From: Lama glama
Lineage: Eukaryota
Direction of reading: 5' to 3'
Length of the DNA: 64,000 nucleotides
Assembly (NCBI GenBank): GCA_028534125.1
Contig: CM052816.1
Location: 89,530,001-89,594,000, forward strand
Shown here: in pieces, positions 52,913 through 64,000 of the stretch
Layout: each line of letters begins with the position of its first letter
Position numbering within the stretch: the stretch's first letter is position 1
The notes under the pieces: generated by a model
What the model saw: only the letters and a program-made list of their open reading frames with translations
Databases searched by the model: none
What the model was told of the DNA's origin: nothing
Program-made: the position numbers and the translations under genes

Positions 52913-53116
52913 CCTAAGCCAGGAAGTAAAAACAAGAAAAGCAAAGGAGCGGCACCATTTTTCCTCTCTTGGGTCGGACCGCTCCCAGTTCTCAGGAGTG
53001 CATTGTATTTTACTACCTTTTTACTTTGCTAATAACATCTTGTTTATATCACACTTTCCATCTCTCTTTAAAAATCTTTTTTTTTTTAAATTCTTATTTC
53101 CCTCCTCTCGGTAACA
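52320..53116 (+). mobile_element. Solo ERV1 LTR, MER41-like, with an internal (CA)n at about 52878-52908
   Basis: gcaaagaagcaggctagg...cagtgctcattataatgtaattaacattgc resembles MER41; degenerate poly(A) ctaataacatcttg; ends ggtaaca. The 5' boundary is uncertain. Confidence 0.55.
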
Positions 53117-54959
53117 ACCACACCAAGATTAAAGCAGGGGTATATATTTGGAGTTGGAGTTATTTTCATGGCAACGGGGGACTAAGAATCCTTAGGGAGC
53201 ATTGTAGAGCATGAAGACAAAAATTCATCCTGCTCAGTTATACGCCTAAATAAAAACATATGCTTACCACTATGCAGAGGTTGACAAAGATCAGATTGGC
53301 AAGTCACATGAAAAAAAGACATAAAACCCCCAAATCTTTGAGGAGTGAAAATACCTCAATCATCCATATTACTACAAGAAAAGACTTTAGTAAAATCGGA
53401 ACAGATAGCTCATGGCAGGCACTTTCTGTATGACCTTGCGAAAATCAAATTCTTAGTAATAGGAGAAAGTACTCAGTATGAGTCTCTCCTTAGGAAAGCC
53501 TGCAGTGGTTGAATTTTCAGGTAGAAACTGGAAGGAAAAATAAAGCTACCCTGATATAAGAAGGAGGGAGAAATTTCAGAAATCAAAATCAGATTATTAA
53601 AAGAGGAATAGAACATCAGTCTGAGCACGTACAGTTTGCAGTTGTTCCTAGATCCAGATCACAACTCACAATAGAAAGATCTTAGAACAAGCACAGAGAT
53701 AACAACAAAGTTACCAGTTCATAATCATTGGGTGTATCCCATATGAAGCTGTCGTAAAACGTATTTTTTCCTGCATCCCACAAAACAGTAAGGTTTCCCA
53801 GGAAAAGATGGTTGAAAATTTTAACCCTGAGCCATGAATACCCAGAGATAATTCAAAACATTATGAACTAGCAAAACAGCAGTAGAGAAGCCTGATCACC
53901 ATAAACAATGTATGAATAAAAATTAAAAACCGGACATCCCTGGGTTGAGAGTAGAAGGAAGTGGAAAACAGAATTTGGAGGAGAGGCCAGGTTTTCCTCT
54001 ATATGCTGCCTCATATCTATTCTATTTAGGAATTTTCAAATGCTGGAGGCTATGTGAGTGTCTATTATATTTGAATGTCTATTAATTATTGTGTAATAAC
54101 ATGGTGTTATGATATTGATAGAGTCCCTGTAATTCCCCCCAAGAGCTCTCAGATTTGAATGGAGCCCCCTGAGGTTACAGATGCATGTATTTTTCACTCT
54201 ATGAATTGACCCAATACCCAAAAGCATGAGTGTTGCTGTGTATTGTCAAGTGCAGTCACTGATTTTCTAACCATTGTGGACCAAGGGAGAGACTTCCTTC
54301 TAGGGCGGAAATAATCATTGATGAGGGTCAGATTTAATAGATAATGACTTAAGTTTAAGTCATGAAATATATATATATTTTATAACTAATTATCTATACA
54401 TGTAATGAATAAAGAAAAATAAAGAAATAATATGGTATATTTAAAGCTCCCTGTGAGCTTTTGCCCAATTACACTATCTCTTCTCTCAGAGGTAGCCACT
54501 ATCTTGACTTTTATTTTTCCTTATAATTCCAGTGATGTGTATTTTTGTGCCTTATTTCAATGGAATCATTTCTTCTGTGATTTTCACCTCCTAAGATATA
54601 TTTTTGGAAAGCTTACATTTTATCATTGGCCAAGATTACTGTCAATAATCCTGGTGTGGGGAAGGTTTCTGGAGCATAAATCATGCCAAAGAATCGTCTC
54701 CAGTTAAAGCAGGTGTTCCTGGCTTTCGTACTCTGGTATTCATGATGGGCTGCTCAAGGGAGTTCTCCAGAATCTTCCAGAAAGGTGGCTCTTGTCAACC
54801 AAGGGATATTCTGCATAGAAGGCACACACAGCAGCTTGAACTGGGTGCATTCACCAGAAAAGAGGACCCAGCTGTGTATTCTCCTCCAGTCTCTTAATTG
54901 ACAGTTTCTTAATGTTAGTAAATTTTCTAAAAGAGACTCAAATTGTATATATTATTTTT

Positions 54960-55520
54960 TATAAAAGCTGATGGAATCAATTTGCTAATATTTTGACTTA
55001 GTTTTCTGTATCTATAGTAATGAATGAAATTGGCTCACTGCTTTAATTTCTCATATTACTTTTCCTAATTGTGGGGTCAAGGTTATTCTAGCATCAATAT
55101 AAAAATTATGGACTTTACCATATTTTTATTTTCTGGAATAGTTTATATCAAATTGGGGAAATCTGTTCTTTGAAAACCTGATGGAACTCGTCTGCAAAAT
55201 TATCTGGGCCTGAAGCAGGGGAAGGGAGAGTGGAAAAGAGAGAGACTTTTAATTCTTGATTCAATTGTTTAATGCTTATAGAAATATCCAGCTTTTCTCA
55301 TTCTTCTTGAGTCAGTTTTAATAAAGCCACACTTTTCTATATATTTATCTTTTTAAAATATTTTAAATTTTTAAGAGGATTGTCATCTTCTCTTACTATC
55401 TTTTTAATATCTACTGCATCTGCATTCATCTCCTTTTTATTTTAAAATTAGTTTCTTCCTTTCCCATTTTCATTTCATAAAATTTGAAAGAATTTTGTCA
55501 ATTTCCTAAGTTTTTAATGA
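54960..55520 (-). mobile_element. Old L1 ORF2 fragment
   Basis: ggaatcaatttgctaatattttg...ggtcaaggttattctagcatc...gatggaactcgtctgcaaaattatctgggcctg...ttcttgagtcagtttt. Confidence 0.7.
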
Positions 55521-55893
55521 CTATTTCCAAAATTTTTATGTGTGGAAACTGAAACCAAGAATGACTGGTCATTTTTAACACACCCATTTTTTTAATCATA
55601 TATCTGATACGCCTTTTTATTTAGTTAAATATATTGAGTGCATCTATTTTCATTAGTACTTTTTTCTTTCCAGAATCCTTAGGCTTCCGGTCTTAGAGAT
55701 GACCCTGCTGATGTCTGATGGAAGGAAGACAAGCTGTCACCACAAATTCTTCCTGAATTGCAGATTTGGGAGCAAAATAAATGACTGTTGCTATTGTACA
55801 TGACTAAATTTGAGGTGATTCATTATGGAATAATAAGGAACTAGAATATGTAGATTAAGGAAAGTTTTTGTTTGTCATTGTCTTGTCCAGTAC

Positions 55894-56445
55894 TGTTGCC
55901 AAAAGATCGGCCACCATCCCTGATAAGCCAAATTGAAACTCAGAAACAGGATCTTTAAGCTTAGAAGAAAAGAGACAGCTGGTGCCTTCAAAACTGTGAA
56001 CCTACCTTGCAGATGGGATAGGGTGATCAGATAGGGTGATCAAACAATAAATAGTCAACAGCATCATTTTCTCATCATGAGCCTTAGAGTGGCATCATGA
56101 TGCCTCCAGGCCACCAACTCTATAGAAGCTAGTGGTTGTCACTTTTTTGATCTCTTTATCTCCTAAGCACCCAAGGTGTGGTCTTCTTTGTATGTAACCA
56201 ATTTTTTTAAGGTTACAGTTCTGTGACCTTCTCCCTGGAGAACAACTCAGAAACCAAGTATGATTACTACTTTCGATTACTGGAATAAAGCAGGAACAGT
56301 AAAATTAATAGCTTTATTTTAACAACTGGCCTGGAGCTGTGAGTAGCACCTGGTCAGTCAGGTCAGTTAACCGTTTTAAGGGGGAACATAAGAATAAGCA
56401 ATCTGTTAGCCTAAATGTGGCCATTTGATTAATTCTCCTTCTGTA
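55894..56445 (-). mobile_element. Probable solo ERV LTR
   Basis: Begins tgttgcc, about 550 bp, with near-matching 4-bp flanks gtac/gtag. Contains a 13-bp tandem duplication gatagggtgatca at 56017-56042. Confidence 0.55.
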
Positions 56446-57504
56446 GTAGAGTTATCAACCAAGAGCTATCTCAAGTAAAATAATCTCTTCGATGGCATTT
56501 GCAATTTGGGTCCTTTTCCATCCTCATTTTATGGCTAGAATGTGTTTACCAGTTCTTGGAGGAAGGTTTTTGCTGATCTTATTTATACTTTTTCAGATCC
56601 AGACCCCCAGACAGTGATGGGCCACTCTTATTTCTGTCTCTTTTTACAGTGTGATTTTTTCTTAATTCTCACTTTCATTATGTCTCATGTCTCATTTTTC
56701 TTGCTCCTAGACTTATGACAGGGTTTCTAATCTGAATTCCCAACTTTCATGAGCCCATTAGTTTTTCCACCTGTCTCCCTATAGTCCTTTAAGGCATAAT
56801 TTCCAGGTCATCAGTGAGTAACAGAAGCCTATGGGACCACTGCTGTTTAGACAGCTTGTCTTCCCTTCTGGATTCATGCTTTTTCATTGTTTGGAGGCTG
56901 TGAAGATTCCCTTTATGTGACTGTCTGCTCAGAATGTCTTTTAAAAAAGTATGTCTTTGTATTTTATCAAATATTTGAAGTGTTTTTCACAGAGGCTTTT
57001 CTGTCTTTGAAAATATCACATTCCCTTGTTGCCAGAAAGAGAATTATTTTGCATTTCCACACTCTTCTTTTAAAACTCTTATTTCAGAACAATTCTCTAA
57101 AGGTTAGTAACCAATCATGCCAGATATAGCTCAAAAAAAAAAAAAAACCAAAACCCCACAATAGTTGTTATTGTATTAAACCTCAAATTAAAAGAAAATA
57201 TATGAAAAAGACATGGTGAACCTTGCTCAATAGTTTTTAGCTTGAGAATATATTCATATTCATCACTTGCTTCTGTTTTTTTTTGAGCATTCATTCAGGA
57301 TTTTGGGGGTCATAAAGAAATTCACATTTGCAGTAGACCATTACCATCACTGCACGGGGAAAAAATCTTATCACAGTTCATGCTTGTCTTGGGAGTCCTC
57401 TCTTTACTTAAGAATCCAGGTAAAAATTTGCTTTCATAAAAGAAGAGTGAAGGCTTAGCTTTGAGCTTCTTCTTATCCACGTTCTTTCTTCATGTGCTGA
57501 ATGT

Positions 57505-57505
<1 letters not shown>

Positions 57506-57541
<36 letters not shown>
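57506..57541. repeat. (CA)n microsatellite
   Basis: Direct reading. Confidence 0.9.
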
Positions 57542-57544
<3 letters not shown>

Positions 57545-58409
57545 ACAATTAGAACTCCCTGCAATTTTCAACCACATAGCCCTGCTAAGCCATATAAATG
57601 AATGCATTAGTATATACATCTATTAAAATAATTCATAGAATTACCTAGTCAAGTATTTTTAAAATTCTAAGTATTTAATATTCTATGTTATACTTTTATT
57701 ATATTTATAATTCATTGTATTGTAATCTGGGAATATGGCTTGCATTTTTGAATGTTTAAAATATTGTAGCCAAAAGGCCTGGTAAATGTTCTTTTAAATC
57801 TTGCCTGGATATGTAAGAAAATTTATTCTTGGTTCAAGGGAGGTAATGCTTTGTATGTTGAAAATAATTCTGATACTAAATAGTTTATTATTTTCATCAT
57901 GTTTTCATAAGTTATTCTCACTCTCTGACAGCAGATTTTCTTGAATTCGAGACATTTATAGGGAATGCCTAAGTTTGCATTGTTTTTCGCTGCTTTAGAC
58001 TTTCAAACTGAAGGAATGGGTATTCCTCCATCTTGTCAGGATTGCCTTCCATTCTGTGCTTAACTATTTGTCTCTTCCACCAGCTCCTTTTCTTATCATA
58101 ACAGTATCTTCATTAACATGTAAGTTATTGAAAGTCTTATTCCTTCATATTTCTGTCTTGGTATTTTCACTTTGAGTTTTTAGATATATCTTTGACTTGG
58201 TACCAGAGATCACTAACTTAGGGACTGATGGTCTTCATCCACCCTCCAATTTGTCTACTTTTGCTGTTGATTTTAATATCTAGATCTTTATGTGATTCTA
58301 GTTGAATTTCCTTGAATACCATCATCACCATTTATATGCAGATATAGTCTCTCACCTTTAGTGACTGTTGGTTTAAATATCATATTTAGTTCTTCTGTCT
58401 GTATTTATA

Positions 58410-58809
58410 CTAGTGCTATCCGACAAATATTATGTGTGATAAAATATTTGAGTAATATATAAATATGAGCATATCATACATTCATATAAATATAAAATAC
58501 GTAATTACACATATTACTAATTTCCACACTAAAAACAAGCATTAAGAAACACATAAAATTAGTTTTGATAGCATATTTTATTTAACTCAATATATAAAAA
58601 TATCAAATGTATCAAAAGTATCACTTAAATATGCAATCAATATAAATGTTAATAAGATATTTTATTTTTTGATATGTCTTTAAACTGACTAATATTTTAC
58701 AATAAAACACATCTCACCAAATTTTCATCAGTTAAAATGAAATGCAGTCCCACATTTCAAGTGCTTAATAACCATATGTCCTTAGTGGCCCATGGATTGG
58801 ACAATTCAG
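58410..58809. mobile_element. MER33-like hAT-Charlie DNA transposon
   Basis: ctagtgctatccgaca ... atattttatttaactcaatatata ... ccacatttcaagtgcttaataaccatatgtccttagtggc...ttggacaattcag. Confidence 0.7.
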
Positions 58810-60030
58810 TTCTAGTATTTGGCCACCTTAATGTGTTGTTATTTGACATTTTTCTTGTATTCAGTTCTGGCTTTTAGAAAGCACAAAGAATAAAATACAA
58901 AATTTCTCATTCTAGGCTACTATTAGGACAAGGGACACCTCAGCTGACCTATTTAATTTCTTTCTCAGCTTCTTTGAGACCAGAGATAATAGGGATTATG
59001 ACGCAAGACCAATATGTTGGGCCCATTAGGGCCAAGCCATGAAAAGATAAACACACATCCGCAAACATGATGATTCAAAAAAGGTATAAGGAGAATCTGA
59101 TGAACTTAACAATCTTTCATGATAAAAAGTTTTAGGAAACCAAAAACTGAAGACATGTGACTTAATAACTCTTTACTGAAAATGAAAATGAAAAACAATG
59201 ATTTTCAATGAGAAATCTATTAGAAGCAAGTGTAGACTATTCATTATTGAGTCTACTATTCAATGTATGGAAGACCTGATCAGGAAGAAAGAAAGAAAAG
59301 TAGACAGTCTATTGACAAGAATTGCAGGGGTAAAAAGGAAACAAACCCTGCCTTTATTTGAGATTGTTTGATTGTCCAAGTAGATCATCTGAGAGAATCT
59401 AAAAATAATACATTAATGATAAAGAGAGATTAGTAACTTTGCTAGACACGAATGTGTTGGGGATAAATGAATACCTTTCCTATAAAAATTAAGTTTTAAA
59501 TTGCAGTACAAATCAAAGCAGTTATTATTCTAGATAAAAACAGGAATTATAAACTTTTTTGTTACTTGAAATATGAATCAGCTGCAATTTATATTTAGAC
59601 TCTAAAGAAATGTGGCCTTCAACAACTAATTACAGCAATCAATGTTTACGGCCAGTCAATTCCACATTACATTATGCAGAAAGATGACTTTTGGAACATT
59701 CTAAATACGAAGTCAGCAGTTCATCCACTGTCAGATTTTTGGTTTGTCTTCTAACCAGTTTTTACAAAATGTATTTACTACTTTGTGTCTTAGCAATATT
59801 CTTATTCTCATTGTTTTTTTGCTGTCAATTTTTGTACGTTGCCTTGGTGGAAAGGCTATGCTTTACTATTTACTTGGTAAGTAAATTAATATATTTTTTC
59901 TTCTAATCAACAGTTTTAGATGTTCTATTGACAATGTGTCACACACAGTAACTTGAGGAAATTTGTTTCCTGACACTATATCATAGTACTATTCAATATA
60001 ATATTCACTAATAATGGATAGTTCTCTAAT

Positions 60031-60174
60031 CTAAGCTTTCCAATATGGTAGCCACAGTCATATATGACTGTTGGCCAGCTGAAAAATTGAATGTTTGATT
60101 TTATTAAATGTAATTAATTTGAATTTACATGGTCACATTCATGGCTAGTGGATAACTATATTAATTACTGCAGC
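60031..60174. mobile_element. MER3-like hAT-Charlie fragment
   Basis: tccaatatggtagccac ... aattaatttgaattt ... catggctagtggataactatatt. Confidence 0.65.
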
Positions 60175-63100
60175 TAAAGATCACCATAGCCATTAGAAAA
60201 ATATATTATCTCTTAGTGTATTCTGTGTTTAAACATCAATATATCCTTTAAACATATGTCCTGTTTTGAATCTTAAATTCACATGATTCCAAATGACTAA
60301 AGATTTGTTAAGTATACAAATTTATCAAGGCATAATTAACATAAAATAGAATTCACATGATTAAAAGAACCATTTTGATAAATTTTAATATATACATATA
60401 TCCTTTAAGCCATTGTCACAATCAAAATGACCAAATTTTCTACTAGAGTTGAATTGCATAGTTAACAGAAAAGTGAACTGAACTAAAATGTCAGATATTT
60501 CACAATTGTATATTCTACATTATATAAGTAATTAATATCTTCATTACCAATTGAAAATAGTATCAATAAATAATACCTTCATTGTCATCTTTAAGATCTA
60601 GTCCTTAGAATAAATACTGAATCACCACAGCCCACAGATAAGATAGAAAGTTATTCTTTGTCAACCAATGCCAATTTCATTTAGAAAGTCAGCCACCATG
60701 GTTAGCTTACGCTACATAAGCATTTGTAGAATGGAATTCAAGGCACTTAAATAACAACAGAATAATAAAATTGGCTCTCTGCCCAAAGAAGTCAAACTTA
60801 TATGAGATGTCTTTTGATGTGTTCCCAAGGAGATGGTTATAATATTAATCCACAAGTGTTGGAAAGTGGCCATTCTGAGAGAAAATGGGATTTTATTTTA
60901 TGAAAATAGAGTGGAAGTGTGTAATGAGAAATGTTATGTCTGTTGAAATTTTGTGTAGATGCATATATAATCAATTTATTAAGATTTTCATAGATGTGTG
61001 TGTTAGAGATTTCTCTCAATATTCCATAATTCATTTGCCTTTACAGGACTCCAGCTACTTCTTTCATTATTTTATTTTTTATTTTTTTCACTATTTTAGA
61101 AGTTGGCATATCCAGTCCGATGAAATATGATGTAATCATTACAGCAAACAGCATTATTGTCAAGGACAACATCTGTCTAGCCTCTTAAAACTTGTAAAAT
61201 TATCTTTTGTTAATAGTTTTTAGACAAGCAGAAACTTAAAAAATTTTTTTTTTCAATTTTGCAAGAGAGAAAACTGAAAGGTAGGAATAAAAAAAAAAAA
61301 TTATAAGCTATGTAACAGTGATTGGGCCAGAGAAAAACTCTTCCATGTCATGGTCTCTGTTCTCTGCATCACTAATTCAATTTAAATTTAACTAGCTTCC
61401 AGATAAAATTAGCAGCCATAAGATGTAAATGGCTGAATGCTTCATGACAGATAGTATCTTGCCAAATAATCAATGAAAAGAAAGTGGCATGATGTTGTAA
61501 AAGAGTAACTGAAAACAAGACACAAGACTATGTAGTCCCGCCTCCCAGGTGACAAGCGGGGTGCTGTACCATGGGTCAGTATTACTGGTTGTAAGGCTAC
61601 TCATCTTTAAAGAAGATGCTTAAGGCATGGGTTTCTAAGTTTGTTCACATCTAGAGGATTCAAAAATTTCTACACATTTAAAAAAATTTTCTTATCTGAT
61701 TTCACTCAAAGTGTTTCATTTTTAACATTTAATCATTTTGTCATTAAAAAAATGGATATTCCTAAGGATGCACAACTAAAAACTTCAGTTTTCTTATTAA
61801 CAGGCTTATTTCCAGGTTTCCTGGTGTTTTATTTCTCTCACAAAAGTCTTGAAAATTCAGTGTTTGCACTGCCTGGTCCCATGCAGGTACTTTATCTACG
61901 ATTCCTACAGGCTCAAATCTGTGAATCTCTTTTGAAATTTTGTTTTTATTTTGTCATAAATGGCTTGTGATTCTTTAGTATCTCTGACTCCTTTTTAGGT
62001 TAGAACCAACATGATAACACCTTGCTATCTGTGCCACCCAATGTCAAGGATGTTTCCTTGAAGTAAAAAGTGATGCTTACCGATGTTTCCAGTTCAACAT
62101 CTTGACTGGATTATGAGAGCATTAAGCTAAACCTTTTGTGCCAGTGGGAGTGTTACATGCAAGTTTGCTCGAAACTCCTTCATTCCAAAAAGTCTTTTCC
62201 GAACATTGCATGATGGTCATACAACCATATTAGAAATATAAAAGTGGGTAAAAATGTAGGGAATGAGTAAACAAACATGAGAAAAATGAACAATATTGAC
62301 ATACTATTCCATGAGGACAACCAACACAATTATTTATTAAAATGTGATACACTGATTTTACTGAGGAAAAAGCAAAGAAAGCTGAATGCAACCTTCCCTT
62401 GAATTTCCCTTGACTACACTCATGAAGGGTTGACTGTCAGTTCGGAGTGTGTTGCTCTTGTTTTTAGCACAGATGTTTTTTCTGCGAGAAGCAAACTCCA
62501 GGTTTTTACATGCATTACCAACATTTTTGCAGTTTTAAGGTCGGCGTTGATCAGCTGTTCGATAAATGATTGCATGATGCTAAGAATGTAGCGACGCAGT
62601 CTAGGAGCCCCAGGTGAAGAGCGCTAACCTCCAGGACATTGTAATCGTGGTGTCTGGGACATGACAGACCTAGTACTGTTTACCTGTGTTTGAAGGCCGC
62701 CACGTTCTTTGAGAGTTTTCAACAGGGCAGAGCGCACATGTCAAGGACAGTAAATAAACAGTCCTGGTGCTCTTGTTCCAAAATTTAGCTGCAAATGATG
62801 TCAGTTAGAACGGATATTTGAAGCATTCTGCGTTCAGCAGAGCCAAGCACTGGACAATGTAGAAAGATGATGTCATTTAATCCTCATTATGATTTGATGA
62901 GTTAGATATTAATATTTCCCATAGGGATTCAGACAGGTACAAAGTATGGCCCAAATCCTACTTTTTTTTTTTTTTTTGGCAAAGTTGAAGTTTAAGACTT
63001 GGATTTCTGACTCAGTGCAAGGTTGGAATTACATGTGCTCAGCATTTCTCTTAGAAAGCAAACTCATATTTACTAACTTGGAATTAAAATATAAACTACA

Positions 63101-64000
63101 AGTCAGTTCTTAACTCATAATTCAGGCAAACTGTCTACAAAGAAGTATTTTCATGTGTCAAGGATTGAAGCATGGATTTCAGGATCATAATAAAATACAA
63201 AACTGTGACCTATTAAGACCTCATTTTTTACCATTAGTCTTTATTCCCTTTGCCTATACATAGCAAAACAGTGAATATATTTCATCAAAGACTTTTTACT
63301 GTGTTCTGTTATTTGACAGAAATTATTCTCAGAACTTGACATTTTAAAAATGCAAGTAATTATGTTCTGTAATGAGGAACTTTTCAACTTCCATGATGGA
63401 CCTCAGAATGGAAATTACCAAACACCTCAATTGACTATTACATTAACACCTTGCCTTTAGAACATGGATAATTTTTAATGTTCCTTCATTAGTAAATTTA
63501 ACCATAAGCAAAATATACACAGGACTTATTATGTGATGTTTTTAGAAAGGTGGCTAAATGTCATTGCTGTCATTATCAAATAAAATCCAGCAAGAAAAAA
63601 AATCCTAAAAACAGAATACTGGTGTTAACACTTAAATGTGAAGAGGTCAAAAATACCTTCACCATATGCACGGTTCTCTCAGTTACTCTCACACACAAAT
63701 ACTCATCATGACTGTGATGACATTTCCTTTTGAAGCAATAGATAGCTATGGTTAAAGACTTAGTATAAGAAAACATACAAGTAGGCATTTACGTACAAAT
63801 ACAAGCCAGTATATATATTCATGGATCCATGCGAAAGAACGTCACCAGGAATGAAAAACAAAAAGCATGTGTGAATTAACCTCTGACTATTCAGGAAAGA
63901 ATTTACTTGTTTCTCTAATAATTTATAAGTTTATATAGAAGAACTTGTACAAAAGAGAAGTGTTTTGGTGAAGATTATATTTTATGTATGTCTGTATGTA

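Overview
AT-rich mammalian genomic DNA, most likely camelid (two tRNA-derived SINEs resemble Vic-1 and the L1 3' ends are cetartiodactyl-type). The + strand carries the last four coding exons of cadherin-18 (CDH18): 5921-6042, 17225-17342, 36432-36683 and 45624-46114. They splice in frame and encode the end of EC4, EC5, the transmembrane segment and the catenin-binding tail ending ...ESERTT*. A 3' UTR, a 500-N gap and about 15 kb of downstream sequence follow. The rest is intron or intergenic DNA with L1, L2, MIR, LTR and DNA-transposon fossils. Most interesting are two possible routes to a CDH18 lacking the normal TM and cytoplasmic tail. One is a candidate intronic terminal exon at 29388 with a branch point, acceptor, in-frame hydrophobic 33-aa tail, stop and AATAAA. 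The other is an exon-internal (CAG)4 tandem acceptor whose frameshifted stop should escape NMD. Also noted: a CpG-island-like last exon, a probable L1 3' transduction, an expanded MER53 and a palindromic minisatellite at the gap. Repeat names and human comparisons come from memory of consensus sequences, not from a search.
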